A DNA stretch of 64,000 bases from a virus. Made by a program: the position numbers and the translations under genes. Below, in pieces: positions 34,819 to 43,580 of the stretch; positions within the stretch are counted from its first letter, which is position 1, and every line of letters starts with the position of its first letter. The stretch lies in the IMG/VR virus record IMGVR_UViG_3300031087_000014; one strand, 5' to 3'. Below the pieces are notes generated by a model that was not told the DNA's origin, ran no database searches, and saw only the letters and a list, made by a program, of their open reading frames with translations.

Positions 34819-35946
34819 ATTAGCGGCTTTATCAAAATCAAACTGGAAGACCTGCCAAAATATGTAGACGAGAATACGGAAGTTGTGATTGACTACGATC
34901 AAATCGCTTTCCAAGGAGCGTCAGCGCTAGAAAAGAGAGCGATTGAGGCGTTACACATTGCCTCGGGCAGAAAGAAACAGTTTAAGCATAAAACAGAATT
35001 CTGGGGTGCGGGAAAGGCTATCGGAGGATGGTTAGCAAATCAGAACACGGAAAGAGAAGAGAAAGGACTTAAGACGTTTACAAAGGAAGATTTTGAAATC
35101 CTTAATCTACAGATCCCAGCAGCGGATATCTCCCACACTTTCCAAGCAGCAAAATCAAAACTCGAAGGGATTGTTAAGCACCTCAAGCTTACAAAGTATT
35201 CCGGCGTTATCGGTGTAGGTAAAACCTTCCGGCATCGCTTAGAACTCCCCAAAGAATACAAATCCTCTCGTGCAGAAACAAAACCTGTCCAGTTAGCAGA
35301 AACCAAAGATTTCCTTGTAGAGCATCATTACGGCGATGTTGTTGTTGAGATCGAAGCCGATGATGCTATGGAGATCCGAGCATTTGAAGGCTACAACGAT
35401 TATCTGAGAACAGGTAAAACATCGTGTATCATCGCATCGATGGATAAAGACAGCCTCCACACTCCAGGCTTCTTACTGAACTTCTACCGTGAACCAGGCG
35501 CCACCTCTTACAAGGAGCCAGAAGTTATCTTTATTGATGACTCAATCGGTGATATCTGGGTTAACGAAAAGACCAACTCGAAAGGGAAGGTAACAAAAGA
35601 AGTTAAGGGCTGGGGAAGTTATTGGCTGGCGTATCAGATGCTTATGGGTGACGATACAGATACAGTAAGACCTTACCAAGACTTTGATATCAAGTTTGGG
35701 GATTTAACGTGCTACGCTTTAATCAAAGACAGCACTTCTCAATATGACTTGTTCAGCAAAGTTAAAGCACAATTCCATACTTGGTTCCCAGACGGTGTTA
35801 AGTTCACCTCGTGGACAGGTAGAGAGATTGAAATGTCAACGGACGAGTGGATTGAAACTATCTTCCAACTGGTCTATATGAAACGTGTACACAACGATAC
35901 TACCACCTTTGAAGATATGCTTCAAGGGTATCAGGAGATAAAATGA
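34819..35946 (+). CDS. 5'-3' exonuclease (T5 D15/T7 gp6-like flap nuclease)
   Basis: IDYD, YKSSR, IEADD, SMDKD and GDDTD motifs; probable ATT start at 34819 (ORF track starts at 34885). Confidence 0.85.
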   Translation: MSGFIKIKLEDLPKYVDENTEVVIDYDQIAFQGASALEKRAIEALHIASGRKKQFKHKTEFWGAGKAIGGWLANQNTEREEKGLKTFTKEDFEILNLQIPAADISHTFQAAKSKLEGIVKHLKLTKYSGVIGVGKTFRHRLELPKEYKSSRAETKPVQLAETKDFLVEHHYGDVVVEIEADDAMEIRAFEGYNDYLRTGKTSCIIASMDKDSLHTPGFLLNFYREPGATSYKEPEVIFIDDSIGDIWVNEKTNSKGKVTKEVKGWGSYWLAYQMLMGDDTDTVRPYQDFDIKFGDLTCYALIKDSTSQYDLFSKVKAQFHTWFPDGVKFTSWTGREIEMSTDEWIETIFQLVYMKRVHNDTTTFEDMLQGYQEIK

Positions 35947-36902
35947 GCAAGTTAACAGAAACGCAGAAGACAGATATCCTTAGTTATAAAGCACAGGGAT
36001 TCAGTTCTCGCGCTATTGCCTCTTTAGTGTTAGGTAGCAGTTCTCGCAAGAGTACTGTTAATGATTTCCTAGCTCGTGAAGTTGGAGCAACACTGACAGT
36101 AATTAAGAAAGACGGCCCCGTTATCAAAATTATTGATGTGGAAACAGCCCCAGAAATCGCGTATAGTTTCCGTCGATTCAAAGCTTTCATCTCTCCTGAG
36201 CAGGTGATTAAGCGTGGCTATTTGCTGTCCTACTCTATCGCAGACCTGCATACAGGTGAAGTAGAAGGTAAGAGTTTAGCAGATTATGACCTGTTTGATA
36301 TTGACCACACAGACGACTATGATATGTGCCAAGACCTCTGGCGTATTATGGATGAAGCAGATGTTCTGATTGCTCACAACGGCGTCAAGTTTGACCGTGC
36401 GTACATCAACCAACGGTTTGCTTATCACGGTATGGTTCCACCAAGCCCGTATGTTGTAGTCGATACACTGAAAGCCGCTAAGAAGCAGTTTGCACTGCCT
36501 TCAAATGCGCTTAAAGAGATGTGTATCTATTTTGAGACAGAGAACTTCAAACTGGATAACGAAGGATTCCCGCTTTGGAAGGCTTGTTGTGAAGGTGATC
36601 GTGATGCATTCAATCGTATGCAAACATACAATGATGGGGATGTTCTGAGCCTTCGTGATCTATATCTGAAACTTCTGGCGTGGATTCCTCAGCACCCGAA
36701 CGTCTCAGCATACTACAGTGATGACGCTTGTCGTTGTTCACGTTGTGGTAGCACGGATGTTGCTGTTGTTCCAGGTAAGTTCCACCAGACCGCAGTTAGC
36801 ACCTTCGAAGTTATTCGTTGTGCTCAGTGTGACAGCCTTTCTCGTGGACGTGTCAACCTCCGCAGTAAAGAGAAACGTGGCAATACCATCATCGGTATTT
36901 AA
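35943..36902 (+). CDS. RNase H-fold 3'-5' exonuclease with N-terminal HTH and C-terminal Zn ribbon
   Basis: IDVET, HNGVKFD and YNDGDV motifs; CSRC...CAQC. Confidence 0.8.
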   Translation: MSKLTETQKTDILSYKAQGFSSRAIASLVLGSSSRKSTVNDFLAREVGATLTVIKKDGPVIKIIDVETAPEIAYSFRRFKAFISPEQVIKRGYLLSYSIADLHTGEVEGKSLADYDLFDIDHTDDYDMCQDLWRIMDEADVLIAHNGVKFDRAYINQRFAYHGMVPPSPYVVVDTLKAAKKQFALPSNALKEMCIYFETENFKLDNEGFPLWKACCEGDRDAFNRMQTYNDGDVLSLRDLYLKLLAWIPQHPNVSAYYSDDACRCSRCGSTDVAVVPGKFHQTAVSTFEVIRCAQCDSLSRGRVNLRSKEKRGNTIIGI

Positions 36903-36908
36903 TATCAA

Positions 36909-36931
36909 AGAGGGCTTCGGCCCTCTCTTTT
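36909..36931 (+). terminator. terminator (cTTCGg hairpin)
   Basis: AGAGGGCTTCGGCCCTCT plus T run. Confidence 0.7.
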
Positions 36932-36944
36932 AGAGGAGATAGTT

Positions 36945-37334
36945 ATGTCAGCAATCAATTCCCAAATCGACGGAAGTCACTACACAGAAATGTACCTTCA
37001 ACCACTGGAACTAACCTATATGATAGGTGCTACTCCGGCCTTCTGCAAGCTTGCCAAATACGGCTCACGTAACAAAGGCGATAAGCTTATCAACTTAAAC
37101 AAAGCCCTCCATTGCATCAAGTATGAGCAAGAAATGCAAAGCCGTTATGCTAATATTATGGCAGAGGCATATCCCTTCGGATTCGATTTAAGCAAGTCAG
37201 AGTTGGCATCAAAGCTAATCGAAATCTTCACTCCAAATCCAGAACTACGTTCTGCACTCAAAGCAATGTATAACGGTGAATACGAAAGAGCAATCCGCTA
37301 TATTGAGGTAATGATCGAAAGTGAAACAGAATAA
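36945..37334 (+). CDS. DUF3310-like protein
   Basis: QIDGSHY...QP...KY..R.KG...L.KA pattern. Confidence 0.6.
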   Translation: MSAINSQIDGSHYTEMYLQPLELTYMIGATPAFCKLAKYGSRNKGDKLINLNKALHCIKYEQEMQSRYANIMAEAYPFGFDLSKSELASKLIEIFTPNPELRSALKAMYNGEYERAIRYIEVMIESETE

Positions 37335-37518
37335 CCCTCAAGATTATAAAGAGGGTGATCGTGTGAAGATTTATAGAAAGGGCGCTAATGGCGTCCTTTT
37401 GTGCGATATAACCCTAAAGGAATCATTCTGCAAGAGAGCCTTCGACAGAATGTTGTTTTTCAAATACGATATACCGCCTGGTGATTACAGGGCAGTTAAG
37501 GTAGTGAGCAATGGCTAA
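37321..37518 (+). CDS. hypothetical protein
   Basis: 65 aa ORF. Confidence 0.5.
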   Translation: MKQNNPQDYKEGDRVKIYRKGANGVLLCDITLKESFCKRAFDRMLFFKYDIPPGDYRAVKVVSNG

Positions 37519-38137
37519 AGCTGTTAGAAAGAAAGTTACAAGGAAGAAAGCAGTAAAGAAACCTCTGCTTATGGACGTTATTGAAGACCTCACCGGAGAA
37601 CCTAAGAAAGTATGGGGAGAAGGAACGCCCTGGAGAACAAAATCAGAATTCTATGTCTGGTTGCGTGGGCTTCTGCGTAGAGGTTGGAGCAAGCATCCGT
37701 TAAGGATCTCCAAGATCACAGCAAACAGGTTTAAAGCCGATAAGCACTTTAAAAACGGTAAAGTGATGCAGGTGTGGCACTGTAAGTGTGAAATGTGTGG
37801 AATCACTGGCCCTCAGAAAGAGTTTGAGGTAGACCACATCACAGCGGCTGGATCTTTGCGTGGCTATGATGATATACTCGGATTCATTACAAGACTTCTC
37901 TACATCTCAGATGAAGATTTAAGAATTGTGTGCAAGAAGTGCAACAGCATCTTGGCATACTCAGACAAACAAGGAGTTACTTTTGAAGAAGCGAAAGCTA
38001 TCAAAGAGGCGATCAGTTTGGTGGGCAGTAAGCAAGACAGACAGTGGCTTGAGTCCAGAGGAGTATCGGCAGAATCAACCATCGCAAAAAGAAGAGAACA
38101 AATCATAAATATTTTGTTGACAGAGAAGAACACTTAG
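37511..38137 (+). CDS. HNH-family endonuclease
   Basis: CEMC...EVDHI...LRIVCKKCN. Confidence 0.8.
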   Translation: MAKAVRKKVTRKKAVKKPLLMDVIEDLTGEPKKVWGEGTPWRTKSEFYVWLRGLLRRGWSKHPLRISKITANRFKADKHFKNGKVMQVWHCKCEMCGITGPQKEFEVDHITAAGSLRGYDDILGFITRLLYISDEDLRIVCKKCNSILAYSDKQGVTFEEAKAIKEAISLVGSKQDRQWLESRGVSAESTIAKRREQIINILLTEKNT

Positions 38138-38145
38138 CGTAGTAT
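38117..38145 (+). promoter_or_regulatory. sigma70-like promoter
   Basis: TTGACA-17-TAGTAT. Confidence 0.6.
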
Positions 38146-38210
38146 TCATCTCAACAAAACGAGACAGCTACTGAAATGGTTTGGTAGCTGAACAACAAAG
38201 GAGATATTTA

Positions 38211-38741
38211 ATGAAAAAGCTTAAAAACGTAAAATCAGTTCGCAACGAAAACGGCTCAGTGTTTATGGTCAATGATAATGATCAAGTATTCAAGGGGGCC
38301 GGATTCACCAGCCTATACGGTAGCATCGGTATGGAAGACGGTTCAAAGATCCTGTCTGCTGTATCTCAAGCAAAACCTACAGGTGATAGCGAAGTTGTCT
38401 TTGGCAAATCTAAGCGTGGATTTATGACCCTGGGTAGCATCTTGGGTAATGGTCGCTTCCGTGACCGTGGTATCTCTGAAACTCTGCTGTTGAAGCTGTT
38501 CACTAACAACCGTTTTATCAAGCGCGTCCGTATGGCTTATAAGATGACTCCGCTGAAAGAAGAAAGTCTCCAGCAGGTGTATGAGCCAATCGTGGATACT
38601 CAGTCTCTGACCAGTGAACTGACTCAAGTCAAAAAATGTCTGAAAATGGATGAAAACGGCTTGACAGGAACTGTCGAATACGATAATATTCGTGTCGTTG
38701 TCTCAGCGACAGAAGCTAAGCGTCTGAGCAACTTTATTTAA
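38211..38741 (+). CDS. hypothetical protein
   Basis: AAGGAG RBS, ATG at 38211. Confidence 0.75.
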   Translation: MKKLKNVKSVRNENGSVFMVNDNDQVFKGAGFTSLYGSIGMEDGSKILSAVSQAKPTGDSEVVFGKSKRGFMTLGSILGNGRFRDRGISETLLLKLFTNNRFIKRVRMAYKMTPLKEESLQQVYEPIVDTQSLTSELTQVKKCLKMDENGLTGTVEYDNIRVVVSATEAKRLSNFI

Positions 38742-38789
38742 TATTACCGCCCTCTTCGGAGGGCACTTTTAGAGTAAACATAAGGAGAA

Positions 38790-39803
38790 GTGACAATGCT
38801 GAATAAAACAAACGTAGAACACATCTATACCATCAAAGTTAAAGACTTTCTGAACAAAACTAAAACTCCAACTATTCAGCGTGATCACAAGGCTCGTGTA
38901 GAGTCAGGTAAAGTAAACTACTTCCAAGATATGCTGCCAAACCACTTGGTAGTTAACCTTGCGCTGTATATTGGTAAGGACTTCACCACTGACAACGGTC
39001 ACACAATCCAGCGTGGCGATTATCTGGTTGTTGATGGAAACACCCGAAAGTTCTTCTGGCAAGTTATGATGGAAAGCAAAGATCCAAAATGGCTGGCCTT
39101 TAATGAATCACAAATCGTTTGTGGTTATCGGGAGTTCTCTGAGATTGAAGATCTGAATAAGTGGTATGCTACATTCGACTCGAAAGAGCAGATTAAGGTT
39201 GCTAAGCATAAAATGGAATCAGCAGCGAGTCTGATCGGTATCGACTCAGAACGTGTAGCTAAGCTTAGCAGCGCACTGAACAAGTGTTCTTCTAAGGTTG
39301 CTGATGTTTGCCGCAAGTATGACGTTACCGAAGAAGAAGCTAAGGCACGTCAGATTGAAGCTTTTGGCACTCATTACATCAATGAGTTTTACGATAACTT
39401 TGAAAAACTGTGGAGTCCTAAACAGAAATCAAGCATTGGGCCTTTCCTGGTTGCTTACCGTTATCTGCTCAGCAGTGGTCAGCCTCGCTCAGTTGTAAAC
39501 AGCCTGTTCACCGAAATGTTTACTGGTCACTTTGACCGTGCAATGAATGAAGAAGGAGACAAATGCGTAGCGCTAGAACTGCGTGATATGTTCCTGACAG
39601 ATGGTATCTACAGTTACTTAAACCCTAAAGGCGCTGGCGACCGTATTGAAATCATCTCCGCAGTGGTGTATAAACTTATCCAGACCAGTATTGAATCTGG
39701 TAAGTATTTTGTAAGCCGCAAACGCAAGCCTTTTGCTCAGAGTCAAGAGGGTGCTAAGCGAGCAATCCAAATCTTCAACGAAGAGTTGAGGATCACAGTA
39801 TAA
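38790..39803 (+). CDS. ParB/Srx (DGQHR-like) domain protein
   Basis: IQRDH and VVDGNTR motifs. Confidence 0.55.
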   Translation: MTMLNKTNVEHIYTIKVKDFLNKTKTPTIQRDHKARVESGKVNYFQDMLPNHLVVNLALYIGKDFTTDNGHTIQRGDYLVVDGNTRKFFWQVMMESKDPKWLAFNESQIVCGYREFSEIEDLNKWYATFDSKEQIKVAKHKMESAASLIGIDSERVAKLSSALNKCSSKVADVCRKYDVTEEEAKARQIEAFGTHYINEFYDNFEKLWSPKQKSSIGPFLVAYRYLLSSGQPRSVVNSLFTEMFTGHFDRAMNEEGDKCVALELRDMFLTDGIYSYLNPKGAGDRIEIISAVVYKLIQTSIESGKYFVSRKRKPFAQSQEGAKRAIQIFNEELRITV

Positions 39804-39813
39804 CGGAGGAAGT

Positions 39814-40668
39814 TTGATTAACGACTTAAAACCCCTATTCAAATGGGCTGGTTGTAAACGTAAGATGTTCGTAAAGTATGCCCCTCTCTTTGAGGGGCTT
39901 TCTTTTGACACTTTCGTAGATTTATGTGGTGGTACAGGGATTACCTCTGTGTGGATTCACAAGAACTTTCCTGATGCGAAAATCATCTTGAATGAGTATA
40001 ATGTGGATCTCTATTACATCTACCAGCAAATTAAAGAGAATTACGAAGACTTCATTGACAACGTAAATCATTTAGAGGCTAAGTATATGGCCTTACCTAC
40101 CAAAGAAGAAAGAAAGGCTTTCTACCTAGAGTATCGAGAGTATTACCACGAGAACTACAACACTCTATGCGTTGAAGACAAGACCTTCATTCTGTATTTC
40201 CTAATGTCCACCAACTTCAACGGTATTTGGCAAGCTAAAGCTGCAACTGGAATCTACTACACTCCTTTCGGAAACGGTGGAGAGAAGAATGGAATCTATA
40301 ACAGAAAAGCTATGCAAGATTTCCGTGATATGATAAAAGATGCTACCATTGTTTGTGGTAGTTATGAGCACGTAGCAATTCCAGAAAACTCATTAGTGTT
40401 TGCAGATCCACCCTACGTGAATAGCCACACTCAGTACGACCGCAGATCTTCATTCGAAGATATTATGCAGTTGCAAATGGCAGAACATCTAAAGAACCTT
40501 CCGGCTAGCTGTCAGTTTGCATTCTGTAACAAGGATCACGAAATGTTCTATGATGCTTTTAAAGGCTACACCTTCGAGTACTTTGACGTTAAGTACACTG
40601 CGTCCAGTAAAGACACAGAAGGAGCTAAAGCCAAGGAAGTATTGATTCATAACTTAAGAGGTGAATAA
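39814..40668 (+). CDS. Dam-family DNA adenine methyltransferase
   Basis: KWAGCK, DLCGGTG and FADPPY motifs. Confidence 0.88.
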   Translation: MINDLKPLFKWAGCKRKMFVKYAPLFEGLSFDTFVDLCGGTGITSVWIHKNFPDAKIILNEYNVDLYYIYQQIKENYEDFIDNVNHLEAKYMALPTKEERKAFYLEYREYYHENYNTLCVEDKTFILYFLMSTNFNGIWQAKAATGIYYTPFGNGGEKNGIYNRKAMQDFRDMIKDATIVCGSYEHVAIPENSLVFADPPYVNSHTQYDRRSSFEDIMQLQMAEHLKNLPASCQFAFCNKDHEMFYDAFKGYTFEYFDVKYTASSKDTEGAKAKEVLIHNLRGE

Positions 40669-40670
40669 CT

Positions 40671-41222
40671 TTGGCAAAGTTGTATTTCAGACACAGCGTA
40701 ATGAACGCTGGTAAAAGTCTGCATCTACTTCAAACCCAAAACAACTACAGAGAGAGGAAGAAGGAAACTCTTCTTCTCACTGCTGCACTTGATACCCGCA
40801 ACGGCGAAGGTAAGATTACCTCTCGTCTGGGTGTTTCTGGTGATGCAATGGGTGTGTCAGATGTTGACGATATCAAAGTAGTAGCGTATGCTATTGAGCC
40901 TGCAAATATAGAAGCGATATTTGTAGACGAATGCCAATTCTTATCCGAAGAAGTCATTGACGCACTGGCTGGATTGGTAGATACTTACGACATTCCTCTT
41001 TTCTGTTACGGACTAAAGACAGATTTCAGAGGAAAGCTTTTTGAGGGAAGCAAAAGACTGCTAGAAATTGCAGATTCGATAACAGAACTGAAAAGCATTT
41101 GTATGTGTGGAAGAAAGGCACTATTCAATAGAAGAATGGTTGACTCTCCTGACCAAGTAGTGTTAGGTGGAGAGGATATTTACGAAACGCAATGCAGAAA
41201 ATGTTTTATGGAAGGAAAGTGA
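40671..41222 (+). CDS. tdk: thymidine kinase
   Basis: MNAGKS, VDECQF, YGLKTDFRG and CMCGRKA motifs. Confidence 0.95.
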   Translation: MAKLYFRHSVMNAGKSLHLLQTQNNYRERKKETLLLTAALDTRNGEGKITSRLGVSGDAMGVSDVDDIKVVAYAIEPANIEAIFVDECQFLSEEVIDALAGLVDTYDIPLFCYGLKTDFRGKLFEGSKRLLEIADSITELKSICMCGRKALFNRRMVDSPDQVVLGGEDIYETQCRKCFMEGK

Positions 41223-41223
41223 A

Positions 41224-41811
41224 ATGAGAATTATGTGTGATTGGGATCTATGCGTAGCTCCTACAGACGTAGGCTGGTGGGAATGGTTGTGTAAGATTGA
41301 CGGCAGAAAAGACCCTATGCCAGTGAGAGGTAAAACCACCCACTACAACCTTGGAGAATACTTCGCTTGGTTTAAGCATCAACACGGTATTGATCCTCAG
41401 TCTTATTGGGATAACTTACACCTGTATGATACAATGGGTACTGTAGAAGGTGCAGGTAGAGTACTAAACCGTTGGGGTAGGTTTGGAAACAACCTGTCTG
41501 TAGGCAGTGTTACTCGTGGAGGACACATTAGTAGCAAGTTTAGACACGTTAAGCGCGTGGCAAGTGATTTCAGTTTTGAGCCTGGTAGTGGTAATGGTTT
41601 CTTTGCAACAAAAGAGAAATATTTACTTCCTTGTGATATCGCAATTGACGACCGAGCCGAAAACCTGTTACACTTTCCAGATAGTGTCGAAAAGATTTAC
41701 TTCAACACGGTATATGATGATTCAGCGCTAATGCGTTTAGTCAACAAACCAAATGTACACATCACCACGATTGAAACACCGTGGCAAGATATTGAATCAA
41801 TTTTATTTTAG
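41224..41811 (+). CDS. HAD-family 5'(3')-deoxyribonucleotidase-like protein
   Basis: CDWDLC and IDDR motifs. Confidence 0.7.
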   Translation: MRIMCDWDLCVAPTDVGWWEWLCKIDGRKDPMPVRGKTTHYNLGEYFAWFKHQHGIDPQSYWDNLHLYDTMGTVEGAGRVLNRWGRFGNNLSVGSVTRGGHISSKFRHVKRVASDFSFEPGSGNGFFATKEKYLLPCDIAIDDRAENLLHFPDSVEKIYFNTVYDDSALMRLVNKPNVHITTIETPWQDIESILF

Positions 41812-41819
41812 GAGAAACA

Positions 41820-42800
41820 ATGGAATTTACTAACGATCAGGGATATGTAGCAACTATCATCGCAGACTCAATCTCACCGACAGGTAAGCGAATCACAACA
41901 TTCGAACTTACTTACCCACGTATGGTTCACTCTGAAATGATGACTCACCGCCTATTCAGCCGTAATGCTGCATCAAGCCGTGCAATCCCTGTAACCAAGC
42001 TGATCGAACTAATCAGGACTAAGCCTGCCCGACCTTACCGCTTTGGTCAGAATCAACCTGGTATGCAAGATAAAGGCGTAGATTTCGATGCTCCTATTCA
42101 GGCAGGATACTCTGCACAGGAATGGTGGGATCTTGCAGCACTAAGCGCGATTCGATTTGCCGAAGAGTACACAGCAGCAGGTTATCACAAACAGGTAGCA
42201 AACCGTTTACTGGAACCTTTCCAGTTTATCAAAACCGTTTTGACAGCTACAGAGTTTGCTAACTTCTGGTGGTTGCGTATTGATGCTGACGCAGATCCTT
42301 CCATCAAAGCTATTGCTGAGTTGATGAAGCAAGCTATTGATGTTTCTAAGCCGGAAGCCCTTGAACCTGGTCAGTGGCATACTCCGTATGTTGACCACGC
42401 ATATGAACATCTGACGGATGATGGCCCAGGTATTTTTGTAGGTTATTGCTTGCAAAATGAAGACGGTACAACTACTATGCTTACCGAACAAGAGGCTCTT
42501 GCTATCTCTTCTTCGTGTTGTGCTCAGGTAAGTTATCGTGTTCTGAATAACACCAAAGATAAAGCGCTGGATATTTACGGCAAGCTGTTATCAGGTGCAA
42601 AAGTTCACGCATCACCTTTCGAACATCAGGCAACGCCAATGATTATTGAGTCTGTGGAGTGTTTTGGTGACTTCTCCCGATTCTTAGATGGTGATCTTTC
42701 TGGATACACTCACGTTGATAAAAACGGTATGTTCTGGTCAGGAAATCTTCAAGGTTTTGTTCAGCATCGACAATTACTGGAAAATCATTCGGAATGGTAA
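41820..42800 (+). CDS. thyX: flavin-dependent thymidylate synthase
   Basis: THRLFSRNAASSRAIP and HASPFEH motifs. Confidence 0.88.
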   Translation: MEFTNDQGYVATIIADSISPTGKRITTFELTYPRMVHSEMMTHRLFSRNAASSRAIPVTKLIELIRTKPARPYRFGQNQPGMQDKGVDFDAPIQAGYSAQEWWDLAALSAIRFAEEYTAAGYHKQVANRLLEPFQFIKTVLTATEFANFWWLRIDADADPSIKAIAELMKQAIDVSKPEALEPGQWHTPYVDHAYEHLTDDGPGIFVGYCLQNEDGTTTMLTEQEALAISSSCCAQVSYRVLNNTKDKALDIYGKLLSGAKVHASPFEHQATPMIIESVECFGDFSRFLDGDLSGYTHVDKNGMFWSGNLQGFVQHRQLLENHSEW

Positions 42801-42808
42801 GAAAGTAG

Positions 42809-42838
42809 TTGACAGATAAGTAGGTTTTGTAGTAGTAT
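42809..42838 (+). promoter_or_regulatory. sigma70-like promoter
   Basis: TTGACA-18-TAGTAT. Confidence 0.55.
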
Positions 42839-42898
42839 TATCCCACGTTTGAGAGGGAGCATTTCCCTCTCCACTATTTAGATTAGGAGAAGCAAAAT

Positions 42899-43315
42899 AT
42901 GTCACTGATTAACACCACCGTATACGGCTCTGTAAGTATGTCCACCATCAAAGCAACCCCAGAATGGAAAGCTGTTGCTGATTCAAATGGTAATATCCCT
43001 CGTGAACTATTCAGTAAGACATTTAAGCTAGCTCTGCACTTCCTTGGTTGGGATTCAGAAAAAGCAGGATACACTCGTGAAGAAGGTATCTATATCCGTA
43101 GCCAAGAACGTGAAGTAGTGTTCAAAACGAGCGTCTACCGTTTTCCAGTACGTAGCGATTATGCTTACAAGCGTATCTATGAGAAAATGGATATTCTCCA
43201 CGTTGGAGATGAAGAATTCAACGGATGGGGAGACATTCACACTAAACTCGCTGACTTCGGTAACGAACATCAGCCACCAACAGGCAGTAACTTTGCCGAC
43301 GACACCGAGGAATAA
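42899..43315 (+). CDS. hypothetical protein
   Basis: 138 aa; AGGAG RBS. Confidence 0.75.
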   Translation: MSLINTTVYGSVSMSTIKATPEWKAVADSNGNIPRELFSKTFKLALHFLGWDSEKAGYTREEGIYIRSQEREVVFKTSVYRFPVRSDYAYKRIYEKMDILHVGDEEFNGWGDIHTKLADFGNEHQPPTGSNFADDTEE

Positions 43316-43560
43316 TGGCTAAGAATACCAAACCCAAAGATAGATTCGCAGGATGCGTTACAGAAACCTATTTCGATAAAGATATGAACTGTAACGTGAC
43401 CGTTATTTTAGATACATCAGAAAGATTAAGTCCTAGCAGAAAAGCAGCAGATCAGAAAGCCAAAGAACGTGGATTTGAAGATATCGATCATTTTGAAGGT
43501 TATCTGTATGCAAACAGCTTATATACGGACTTAAAGCCAGGCAGTGATGTAGAACTGTAA
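43315..43560 (+). CDS. hypothetical protein
   Basis: 81 aa; coupled. Confidence 0.65.
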   Translation: MAKNTKPKDRFAGCVTETYFDKDMNCNVTVILDTSERLSPSRKAADQKAKERGFEDIDHFEGYLYANSLYTDLKPGSDVEL

Positions 43561-43580
43561 TTTAGAATAAGGAAAAGACA

